DNA from: an uncultured Pseudomonadota bacterium
GTDB taxonomy: Bacteria > Babelota > Babeliae > Babelales > RVW-14
Reading direction: 5' to 3'
DNA: 64,000 nucleotides
NCBI GenBank assembly: GCA_964446935.1
Contig: CAYUQI010000005.1
Span: 757-64,756 of the forward strand
The notes under the pieces were generated by a model. That model did not search any database. It was not told the origin of the DNA and was given only the letters and a program-made list of their open reading frames with translations. This document shows, piece by piece, positions 8,679 to 16,891 of the stretch (position 1 is its first letter; each line of letters opens with the position of its first letter). Position numbers and translations under genes: made by a program.

Positions 8679-9656
8679 GTGAATAAGCGTAGCGTTTGGT
8701 TGGTTGCAGTATTGATGATGATTCCTTTGTATGTTGGGGGGTTAGAAATCACCGGAACCGATGATGTTAATGATCTTATAACCCATAAAAAAATTGTATT
8801 GAATTTTAATAAAAAAAACGATGAAATTGGTATTATCAAAAATTCGTTGCAATTTTCGGTTGATAATCCTTCGATTTCACTTGTATCGTGGCATTATGAT
8901 GCACAACCGGTGCAAACGTTTCTGAGTATTTTTAAAAAATATCAAAAATTATACACGAGTTCTTTTGCTGGGTGGATTGCCTGCGATTGTAGAAATACCA
9001 ACGCTATTACGGATTCCTCTTTGTACATTAGTTGTTTGATTGTTGCTCACGATGGTAGGATTGTTCCGTTTACGACCCGTCTTCGCATGGGGAAAAAACT
9101 ATTATGTGATCGTGATGTTACATGTACCGGCGGCTATGACCATGCATTGACCGTATCGGCAGTAAGTATTCCCACGGATGGACAAATTTCTGTTCCGGCA
9201 ACGCCAGATCTGACGCAGGATTTTTTACAATTTGAGCAATTGGGAGGTAAGTGGACATGGCTATGTGGCATGATAAAATCATGTGCCTATGCAAGTTTTT
9301 GGTGGGTGATCGGTGGGTTGCTGCTGAGTAGTTTGATATTGATAGTGGTACTTTGTCGTCGCCGCCGTTATAGTAAATCATCGATTATATGGTTGCTGTG
9401 GCGAGCAAAGTCATTGTACCTTGTGATATTTATTGCTGTTGCTTATATGCTTGTATGGTTGCATTATGTAGCCTCTTCAGCCAAAATATTATATGCACTT
9501 TCGACGTTGTGTTGCATTGGCATGCTGTATGCATATATTGCGCCTCCTCACGACGAGACCCTGATTGGGCGTATCAAGACAATAATAGGTTTTGCCCTGG
9601 GAATGCTGATCATTCCACTTGCGCTTAAAGCGTATTTAATGCAGTGTGGTTTGTAA
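8679..9656 (+). CDS. hypothetical membrane protein (signal peptide, soluble N-domain, 4 C-terminal TM helices)
   Basis: 325 aa ORF starting at GTG 8679, with an alternative ATG at 8715. Hydrophobic N-terminus, then about 190 aa of non-hydrophobic sequence, then four hydrophobic segments, the first followed by RRRR. No family recognised. Confidence 0.5.
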   Translation: MNKRSVWLVAVLMMIPLYVGGLEITGTDDVNDLITHKKIVLNFNKKNDEIGIIKNSLQFSVDNPSISLVSWHYDAQPVQTFLSIFKKYQKLYTSSFAGWIACDCRNTNAITDSSLYISCLIVAHDGRIVPFTTRLRMGKKLLCDRDVTCTGGYDHALTVSAVSIPTDGQISVPATPDLTQDFLQFEQLGGKWTWLCGMIKSCAYASFWWVIGGLLLSSLILIVVLCRRRRYSKSSIIWLLWRAKSLYLVIFIAVAYMLVWLHYVASSAKILYALSTLCCIGMLYAYIAPPHDETLIGRIKTIIGFALGMLIIPLALKAYLMQCGL

Positions 9657-9662
9657 GTAAGA

Positions 9663-10010
9663 TTATCGAGAAAAATTCTTTTTTTCGGTATCAGGTTTGT
9701 GATGTTTATCAATGAGCCGTTCTTTTTCTTTTTTTATAATCGTGATCATTTTATCAATAACGGAATCAACAACGATGTACATATCAGGTCCTTCATCATG
9801 AGCGTTAAGGTTAAAGATGGGGGTGCGGACATGTAATTCTGCTGCGTGATGAGGGTGCTGTTTGTTTGCCTTAAGCCACATTTCGATACTGAATGGGGTC
9901 GCCTTGGCTTGAGCTTGTAAGATTTCGTTAATTTTTTTTAGTTTCTCGCGTGCATGGAGTTCAAGTGGCTCCGAGTGTGGCATATTATGAAATGCTATTT
10001 TGATATTCAT
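9663..10010 (-). CDS. hpf: ribosome hibernation promoting factor / RaiA family
   Basis: 115 aa. MNIKIAFHNMPHSEPLELHAREKLKKI and a C-terminal DKMITIIKKEKERL match the short HPF/YfiA layout. It lies downstream of lptB, as in the proteobacterial lptB-rpoN-hpf locus. Confidence 0.7.
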   Translation of the reverse strand: MNIKIAFHNMPHSEPLELHAREKLKKINEILQAQAKATPFSIEMWLKANKQHPHHAAELHVRTPIFNLNAHDEGPDMYIVVDSVIDKMITIIKKEKERLIDKHHKPDTEKKNFSR

Positions 10011-10023
10011 GGTATATCCTTTC

Positions 10024-10791
10024 TCATGACAAATAACGTTGGGCTATTTCTTGATAAAATTGATCTCCTAAATAACTTTCCTTGGTATATGCATTTTCCA
10101 ATATATCTTTAATTGATCCTGATGTGACCACGTGACCTCCTACTATAACATAGACGGCATTGGCTATGGATAGAAGTTGATCAACATGGTGGTCTGAAAT
10201 GATGATTCCTATGCCTGACTGGGCAAGGTTGGTAAAAATTTGTTTGAGCTCATAGATTGATTTGGGATCGACCCCGGCAAATGGTTCGTCAAGCATAAGC
10301 ATTTTAGGTTTCATGAGGAGTGCCCGAACAACTTCCAATTTGCGCTTTTGCCCGCCAGATAAGGTTTCTACTTTTTGATGTTTGGTTGCTGAAAGATGAG
10401 TAAGCTCAAGCCAACGATCAACCTCTTCTTGGAAATGATCATAGGGTTTGTTGTTCCATCCACTGTGATATTGATATACGACTTTTAAATTGTGTATCAC
10501 GCTCATGTGCTGAAAGAGTGACGTGTGCTGCGGCATATAAAGCAGGCCGCATTCGACACGTTTATGAATAGACCAGCCTGTAATTGTTGCGTTGTTAAAG
10601 ATAATTCGATTGTTTGTTGTTGAAGTAATGGGATAAAGCCCGATAATACTTTTGAGTAATGTTGTTTTCCCCGCACCATTTGGGCCTAATAGAACAGTAA
10701 TCATGCGTTGATCTGCCTGAAAGGTGATTGATGAAAGGATGGCCTTTTTTCCTAAGACTTGATTAAGATTTTCAACGCTGAGCAGTGCCAT
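10024..10791 (-). CDS. lptB: ABC transporter ATP-binding protein, LptB-like (LPS export)
   Basis: 255 aa with Walker A GPNGAGKTT, ABC signature LSGGQKRKLEVVRAL and Walker B MLMLDEPFAGVD. There is no fused TM domain. The LptB call is supported by hpf adjacency, not proven. Confidence 0.7.
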   Translation of the reverse strand: MALLSVENLNQVLGKKAILSSITFQADQRMITVLLGPNGAGKTTLLKSIIGLYPITSTTNNRIIFNNATITGWSIHKRVECGLLYMPQHTSLFQHMSVIHNLKVVYQYHSGWNNKPYDHFQEEVDRWLELTHLSATKHQKVETLSGGQKRKLEVVRALLMKPKMLMLDEPFAGVDPKSIYELKQIFTNLAQSGIGIIISDHHVDQLLSIANAVYVIVGGHVVTSGSIKDILENAYTKESYLGDQFYQEIAQRYLS

Positions 10792-12116
10792 TATGGGGCC
10801 TTTTTAACAATGAGATGAACAGGACATCCTAGTAAGTCGTAGTGTTTGCGTAAAATGTTTTCAATACACCCTTGTTCTGCATCTTCAAACCATTCAGGAA
10901 AGTTTACAGAAAGAGCAAAGGTTGGGATAGACGCTTTGATTGGTTTGATATGATCAACCTTGAGTTGCTTTGTGGTGTGATACAGCGGTTTGGTGAGTAA
11001 TTCTTTGATAACCAATTCATTGACGGTGGCCTCATCAAATTCGTAGTGACATCGTTGCCATACTGCATGAATTTCGTCGAAAATTTTACTAATATTTTTT
11101 TGGGTTAAGCAAGAAATGCGTACCTGGGGAACTTTTTTGAGAATGAACTGGTATTCTTTGATGCTTTGATCAAGTGTCATTTGTTTGTATTCATCAAGCA
11201 AATCGGTTTTATTAAAGATGACGACAATCATTTTTTGTTGTTCATAGGCATAAAAAAGTAATTTGAGCTCTTGATCTGCAATCTTTCCCTCGGATGCATC
11301 GATCATTATTAAAACAATATCAGCCTCTCTCACTGCTTGCATGGAGCTTTTAATCATGAGCTGTTCAAGATCTTCTTCAATTTTGCGTGATCGTCGTACC
11401 CCGGCGGTGTCGGTGATTTGAATAAGATCGTTGCAGCAGTAGGTTAGTTCAGAAATAGCTTCACGAGTGGTTCCGGCAATGCTTGAAACAATAGAGCGTT
11501 CATGTTGAATCAGGAGGTTCATGAGGGATGATTTACCAACGTTTGGTCTCCCAATGATGGTGACATTATAACTCGGCTTTTCTGGTTCGGCTTCTGTTGG
11601 CATAGGAATAGTACTTGCAATGGTTTCCAGCAGGGTGCTGATACCTGTTCCATGAATGCCGGAAATAGGAATAATGCTGGAAAAACCAAGTTTATAAAAA
11701 TCAGGCATGTTGTCTTCGATCGCGTTAATATTATCTGCTTTATTGACCAGAAGAACAACCGGCTTTTGTGTTTTGTGTATTACTTTGGCAACGCGTATAT
11801 CTTCATCAGTTAATCCATTTTTTCCATCGACAACAAAGAGAAACATGGCGGCTTGCGTGAGGAGGTCAAGTACCTTTTCCTGAACGCGTTGGCCAATTTC
11901 ATCCTTTTGTTTGTGAAATGAAATACCGCCGGTATCTACTAGAAGAAAGGATTTGTCTTTCCAAACAATTAATTCCTGAAGATAATCGCGGGTAACGCCC
12001 TCATATTCAAAGACAATACTACGTTTTTGTTCGGCAAGACGGTTGAACAATGTTGACTTGCCAACATTCATGCGGCCAACAAGAAGGACTTTTGGATACG
12101 AATAATGCTTATTCAT
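10791..12116 (-). CDS. der: ribosome-associated GTPase Der/EngA
   Basis: 441 aa with two tandem GTPase domains (GRMNVGKSTLFN...DTGG...NKAD and GRPNVGKSSLMN...DTAG...NKTD) plus a KH-like C-terminus. Confidence 0.95.
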   Translation of the reverse strand: MNKHYSYPKVLLVGRMNVGKSTLFNRLAEQKRSIVFEYEGVTRDYLQELIVWKDKSFLLVDTGGISFHKQKDEIGQRVQEKVLDLLTQAAMFLFVVDGKNGLTDEDIRVAKVIHKTQKPVVLLVNKADNINAIEDNMPDFYKLGFSSIIPISGIHGTGISTLLETIASTIPMPTEAEPEKPSYNVTIIGRPNVGKSSLMNLLIQHERSIVSSIAGTTREAISELTYCCNDLIQITDTAGVRRSRKIEEDLEQLMIKSSMQAVREADIVLIMIDASEGKIADQELKLLFYAYEQQKMIVVIFNKTDLLDEYKQMTLDQSIKEYQFILKKVPQVRISCLTQKNISKIFDEIHAVWQRCHYEFDEATVNELVIKELLTKPLYHTTKQLKVDHIKPIKASIPTFALSVNFPEWFEDAEQGCIENILRKHYDLLGCPVHLIVKKAP

Positions 12117-13855
12117 GATACACCCCGCTTTATTTTACCCGGAAAATAGCGTAGGAGCAAGCTTGCTTTTGGCCATTGGACCGAGTTTTTGATAATAAGG
12201 TAGTCGTTTTCAGCCCTTTGGGCACTTCGTTGAGGTTGGTGTGGTTGTTGTGTGGGAGTTGCCGATGTTGTAGTTTGTGCTTGTAGTTTGGGTTGTGGGG
12301 TGATTAGGACTCGCGGTGAAGGTGCATAGGCAAATCCGGTATACCCTTGAAAGAATTGGCAAAATGATGGAAACCAGAGATTTTTGGTTTCTGTTATTTT
12401 ATTTTTAAAGAAGGTGCTTTCGGTGTTGAGTTGGATGATGACCTGTTTACTTTCGTCCTCTTTCTTGATCAATGTTGCTTGTTTAAAGATTGAGCAAAGA
12501 ACAGGGTCAGGTATTTGAGTAATAGCATTGACGAAACAATCCCAATCAGAGGGGGGCTGGATAGGCTGCTCAGGCGCTGATGGTTGAGGTGAAGGCGTGG
12601 GTGCTTCATGGGGTGGAAGGGTTGCGGTTGCTACAGGTACAACTGGGGTGCTTGGCAAATGCTGAGGCTCAGGGATTGTCGCACGTGATGGTGTCTGTGT
12701 GATATCTTTACATGATTTGATGAGCTCATGAACATCAGCAATATCAACTTGCTGGCACAATTGTACAAGTATCATTTCTAGAAAAAGATGTTTTCTGCTT
12801 GTTTTCAAGAAAAGCTCTTCCTGGGACCACAGGAGAGTGAAGATGGCGTTGATACGGTTGAGAGAGCATCCTTGGGCAATAATGGTTAGTTGATCACGAT
12901 GTGCTTGAAAACCACCGGGGATAGTTTGGACACCGTATTTAATCCATACCAAAGCTCGGCAGAGGTGGACAAGCATGTCCCATAGCAGCTGTGGAGACCG
13001 TTGTTCAAAATTAATTGTTTGCAAGAGGTCAAGTAGTTTTGGTGCATTTTGCTCGAGAATACGCTGGAAGATGGTGAATAATTGTTGTGTGCTTATTTTA
13101 CCTAAAACGTCATGAATGGTTTGTTCCGTAATATGATCACTTGAAAAACGTACACGTTCAAGGAGGTTGATGGCATCGCGTACCGAGCCTTCAGTTTCAT
13201 CCAGAAGTACATCAAGTGCGGCTGGATCAATAATAACGCCTTCATTGGTACAAATAGTGGTAAGGTGATTTTTGAGCGTTTCATTGTCGATGGGGTTGAA
13301 TGTTAGCTGAAAACAACGAGAAAGTACTGTTGTTGGGAACTTATTACTTTCTGTGGTTGCTAGGATAAACATGACGGAGGCGGGTGGTTCTTCAAGTACC
13401 TTTAAGAAGGCATTAAAGGCTGCTTTACTGAGCATGTGAGCTTCATCAATCAAATATATCTTTTTGCGTCCTACCAAGGGCATGTAGCTTGAGGCATCAA
13501 TAATTTGGCGAACATTATCAACCCCGGTATGGGATGCTGCGTCAATTTCAATAAAATCTGGATGGTCTCCTTTGCTCATGGCTATGCATGAAGAGCATGT
13601 AAGGCAAGGCAACGAGATATTTGGATCTTTTTGGAATGTGTCGACATGGTGACAATTAACGGCAGCCGCAAATACACGCGCTGTTGTTGTTTTACCGCAT
13701 CCGCGTTGTCCTGCAAAGAGATATACAGGAAACAACTTGTTAAGGAATAAGCTGTTTTTAAGCATGCGAAGGGTGATTGGTTGACCAACAATCGTATCAA
13801 ATGATTGTGGTCGCCATTTGCGAGCAAGATTGAGATTTTGTGTTTGTGTTGTCAT
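12113..13855 (-). CDS. dnaX: DNA polymerase III subunit gamma/tau
   Basis: 580 aa. N-terminal AAA+ clamp-loader module (GQRGCGKTTTARVFA, Zn module CLTCSSC, DEAHML, SRC motif VLSRCFQ). A proline-rich linker follows. Confidence 0.9.
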   Translation of the reverse strand: MTTQTQNLNLARKWRPQSFDTIVGQPITLRMLKNSLFLNKLFPVYLFAGQRGCGKTTTARVFAAAVNCHHVDTFQKDPNISLPCLTCSSCIAMSKGDHPDFIEIDAASHTGVDNVRQIIDASSYMPLVGRKKIYLIDEAHMLSKAAFNAFLKVLEEPPASVMFILATTESNKFPTTVLSRCFQLTFNPIDNETLKNHLTTICTNEGVIIDPAALDVLLDETEGSVRDAINLLERVRFSSDHITEQTIHDVLGKISTQQLFTIFQRILEQNAPKLLDLLQTINFEQRSPQLLWDMLVHLCRALVWIKYGVQTIPGGFQAHRDQLTIIAQGCSLNRINAIFTLLWSQEELFLKTSRKHLFLEMILVQLCQQVDIADVHELIKSCKDITQTPSRATIPEPQHLPSTPVVPVATATLPPHEAPTPSPQPSAPEQPIQPPSDWDCFVNAITQIPDPVLCSIFKQATLIKKEDESKQVIIQLNTESTFFKNKITETKNLWFPSFCQFFQGYTGFAYAPSPRVLITPQPKLQAQTTTSATPTQQPHQPQRSAQRAENDYLIIKNSVQWPKASLLLRYFPGKIKRGVS

Positions 13856-13943
13856 GATAATGATTTTTAGTAATGCTGGTGGGAATTCTTATAACAGTTC
13901 ACACCAGTATACCCAGTTTTTCGTAATTGTGAGTATTGATGAA

Positions 13944-14034
13944 AAAAAAGAGGGCACGGTACAGAGAAGTATTACCCCTGCTGCTTCCTTCCGGACCTGA
14001 CAGATTATGCAACACCTCAACTTACCATGCCCAA
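13944..14034 (-). ncRNA. ffs: signal recognition particle RNA (small 4.5S-type)
   Basis: The minus strand reads GGGCATGG...GTCAGGTCCGGAAGGAAGCAGC...CCGTGCCC followed by a T-run. The central block is the near-invariant SRP domain IV motif. The ends pair (GGGCATGG/CCGTGCCC) to close a single long hairpin. It lies directly upstream of dnaX. Boundaries are approximate. Confidence 0.8.
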
Positions 14035-14114
14035 TTTGTAAAGAACTTTGTTATGTCAAAATTTAAATTTACTGGCCTGCCATACGAAGCCACGAGCAAA
14101 GCGAGGGCGAAGTA

Positions 14115-14206
14115 TGGTGGAGAGAGAGGGATTCGAACCCTCGATGCCCCTTTCAGGACATACATGATTTCCAATCATGCGCTTTCGACCACTCAGCCAT
14201 CTCTCC
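14115..14206 (-). tRNA. tRNA-Ser (anticodon GGA), CCA encoded
   Basis: Minus strand: GGAGAGATGGCTGAGTGGTCGAAAGCGCATGATTGGAAATCATGTATGTCCTGAAAGGGGCATCGAGGGTTCGAATCCCTCTCTCTCCACCA. It has a 7-bp acceptor stem, an anticodon loop TTGGAAA, the long variable arm typical of class II tRNAs, and a GGTTCGAATCC T-loop. Confidence 0.92.
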
Positions 14207-14215
14207 TGACTGGCA

Positions 14216-15298
14216 TTATTCCTTTTTAGCTGTTGTTTTTTTCTCTGGCTGTTTAGCGGCGGCGGTAGGACGAGCAACTTTTTTTATTTCTTTATGCTCA
14301 GGTTCGGCTGCTTTTTTTGTTTCGACGTTAGCTGCCTTTTTGTGTTCTGGTTCAGCAACTTTTGGCGTTCTTGGTTTTACTTCAATTTTTTCAGTTTTTT
14401 CAACTTTAGTATGTTCAGTTTTTACGTGTTCAATTTTTGGTTTTTCAATCTTTTCATCATGATGTTTTGCTTCATGTGTTTCATGTTTTTCTGGCGCTTT
14501 AGTGGGCTGAACATGCGCTTTGCGTTCCATTTTTGCGTGTAGTTCTTTTGCTTCGGTGACTGCTTTTACCTGAGCCTTACGTGCTTCAAGTTCTGCGGCT
14601 CTTGTTTTTGCCAGAGTAGCTTCGTACGTGGAAACACCTTCTTTAATTTGTTCTGTTAAAAAATCAAAAATGAAGGTAATTGATTTTGGAGAATCGTCAT
14701 TTCCAGGAATAACGAATGTTACTCCTTCTGGATCAGCATTGGTGTCAACTAATGCAACAACGGGAATGCCTAGACGAGATGCTTCTTTAACAGCGGAACG
14801 TTCTTTGGTGACATCGACAATGATGATAGCGGCTGGTGGATAATCCAAGTCGATAATACCTCCAACATTTTTCTCCAAACGAGCAACCTCTTTTTGGATC
14901 ATACTAATTTCTTTTTTCTTATAATGAGTTGTTGATTTTTGAAGTACGTCACGCATATGCAGGAGACGTGTTACAGCTTTCTTTACTTGATCATAGTTAC
15001 TCAATGTTCCACCAACCCATCGGTGAACAACAAATGGCATATGAACAGTATTTGCTGTTTTCTGAATGATAGATTGTGCTGGCTTTTTTGTTCCCACTAG
15101 AAGAAACTTGCCACCAGTGCTGGCAACTTCTTTAAGGAATTTTCCAGCGCGTTCAAGTAAAAAAGCTGTTTTGGAAACATCAATAAGGTGGACGCGGTTT
15201 TTGGCGCCCCAAATGAAGGGTCTCATTTTAGGTGACCAACGTGATGTTTTGTGACCAAAATGAACACCTGCTTCAAGCATTTTCTTTAGATCGATCAT
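14216..15298 (-). CDS. rpsB: 30S ribosomal protein S2 with a long Lys/Glu-rich C-terminal extension
   Basis: 360 aa. The N-terminal part is canonical S2 (LLEAGVHFGHKTSRWSPKMRPFIWG ... IPVVALVDTNADPEGV). The last roughly 130 aa are low-complexity KE-rich with repeated AEPEHK units. Confidence 0.93.
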   Translation of the reverse strand: MIDLKKMLEAGVHFGHKTSRWSPKMRPFIWGAKNRVHLIDVSKTAFLLERAGKFLKEVASTGGKFLLVGTKKPAQSIIQKTANTVHMPFVVHRWVGGTLSNYDQVKKAVTRLLHMRDVLQKSTTHYKKKEISMIQKEVARLEKNVGGIIDLDYPPAAIIIVDVTKERSAVKEASRLGIPVVALVDTNADPEGVTFVIPGNDDSPKSITFIFDFLTEQIKEGVSTYEATLAKTRAAELEARKAQVKAVTEAKELHAKMERKAHVQPTKAPEKHETHEAKHHDEKIEKPKIEHVKTEHTKVEKTEKIEVKPRTPKVAEPEHKKAANVETKKAAEPEHKEIKKVARPTAAAKQPEKKTTAKKE

Positions 15299-15469
15299 GT
15301 GAAAATCTCCCGGGTTTTAGCTATTGTTTCTTTGGGTCTTTTCGACCACCCGCGACATAAGAAACAAGGTTATACTTATGATTATTCAAAAAGATAATTA
15401 AAGCCTAACAAAAGGGCATTTTTTAGCAAGTTTTATTCTACTTTGCCAAAAAACCATATTTAAGCAACC

Positions 15470-16858
15470 TTATTTTTGTCCAATAACTTTATTAGACTCA
15501 ATGGTTGTTGTGTATTTCCTGCCAGTTAACATGGCCAAAAACGCCCATGCACAAGCGACGACGATAGAAATACCTGACCCTGCAACTAAGCATATATAAG
15601 CCGAACTAAAGTATGTTGTAAGTGCATTGAAGGTTGAGCCAGTTGTTTTTGAAGCTGTTCTACCAAATGATTCAATCCATGCTTTTGATTTAAATCTGAT
15701 ATCTTTTGTTGTTGGGATAAAAAGAATCTCTCTCAATGGGTGATTGATGCCGTAATTAAGCGCTCGAAGCACAACCATAACGATGAAGATAATTATGAGT
15801 TTAGGATAAAATACGGGCAATAAAGCCATTGCAAGAGTAATAATAGGCATCAGTATAAGGCTTGCTTGAACTCCAAAATGTTTGAGGAGTGTTGATGTGC
15901 CAAAAAGTGCAAAGAAAAAACTCAAAAATTGAAATGCACACGTGTATAAAAGCATAAATGAACTCATTGCGGTAACTTGATTGTGTGCTTCTATGGACAT
16001 GAGAACATGCATTTGATAATCAAAAATAATATTAATTACCTCATAACTGAATACGAGCCCGAAGATACCGAGCACGTAGGGCTGAGCAAGCATTTGTTTA
16101 AGACCTTCAAAAAGAGATGTCCTTTCTTTGGATGCTTCTTGTTTGATATCGGCTGTGTATGCAGCTTCATAGCCTCGCAAATGATCAGCGGGTATCTTTT
16201 TGATGATAATGCTGATGCAGCACATCGCCAAGATTAAAAGAAGTGCTGTGCTGCCTGTCAATAGTGGAATAATGATGTGTCCAGGGTATGCTATTTTTTC
16301 AATTAGAATCCAGCTTATAAATGTTGTTGATATGCCGCCGATGCGAGATCCTGCAACAATAAAGCCATAGGATTTTTTGGCAATGCCTGGGGTTGTTATT
16401 GAATTAATAAAGCTCCAAAAAGTTCCAACAATGAGTGCTTGAAAGAGGTCCATACAAATTTCAAATGCCCATCCAGTAATGCGTGATGAACTTGTTTGAG
16501 TATTAGGAATGCCGTAGACAGGGTGAGCGAACAAAAATGCAAATATGAGTGTGGCGCATGCATAAAAACCAAGAAAGGAGAAAACTACATATTGCCGTTT
16601 AAATGTATCAGTGATTTTCGAATGAAGCATCATAGCTGGAATGGTAAAAAAGACACTTAAAATTTTAGAGATCGGTTCATATTCTCTGCCAACAAACCCA
16701 AGAAATATTGATGTTTTAAATGATCGAAGAATTGAGTATGAGCCTATAATGAAGAAAAAGGTTGCTGCTGATAAAATAAGCTTAAGTCTTTCGCTGCTGT
16801 CTATTTGCAAATGTTTTTCAAGAAAAGAAAAAAATTTCGTTGTTAATCGAGTACTCAT
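15470..16858 (-). CDS. ATP/ADP translocase-type nucleotide transporter (NTT/Tlc family), paralogue 1
   Basis: 462 aa polytopic membrane protein. FWSFINSITTPGIAKKSYGFIVAGSRIGG resembles the Tlc FWxFANxIT...AKRFY block. FIPTTKDIRFKSKAWIESFGRTASK resembles the YIPLDxDxRxKGKA block. Confidence 0.8.
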   Translation of the reverse strand: MSTRLTTKFFSFLEKHLQIDSSERLKLILSAATFFFIIGSYSILRSFKTSIFLGFVGREYEPISKILSVFFTIPAMMLHSKITDTFKRQYVVFSFLGFYACATLIFAFLFAHPVYGIPNTQTSSSRITGWAFEICMDLFQALIVGTFWSFINSITTPGIAKKSYGFIVAGSRIGGISTTFISWILIEKIAYPGHIIIPLLTGSTALLLILAMCCISIIIKKIPADHLRGYEAAYTADIKQEASKERTSLFEGLKQMLAQPYVLGIFGLVFSYEVINIIFDYQMHVLMSIEAHNQVTAMSSFMLLYTCAFQFLSFFFALFGTSTLLKHFGVQASLILMPIITLAMALLPVFYPKLIIIFIVMVVLRALNYGINHPLREILFIPTTKDIRFKSKAWIESFGRTASKTTGSTFNALTTYFSSAYICLVAGSGISIVVACAWAFLAMLTGRKYTTTIESNKVIGQK

Positions 16859-16891
16859 AGCTTCCTCATCTTAGTGATAATCTATGTAAGA

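Noticed and set aside
12113-13855. Possible programmed -1 frameshift site in dnaX (gamma/tau), as in E. coli
   Set aside because: I found only a CGC AAA AAG ATA stretch (GRKKIY) in the N-terminal ATPase domain. There is no A AAA AAG heptamer plus downstream hairpin in the linker region, so nothing supports frameshifting.
14294-14542. 82-aa Phe-rich plus-strand ORF (FFCFDVSCLFVFWFSNFW...)
   Set aside because: It is the antisense shadow of the Lys/Glu-rich rpsB tail, since AAA/GAA codons read as TTT/TTC. It has no RBS and is not credible as a gene.
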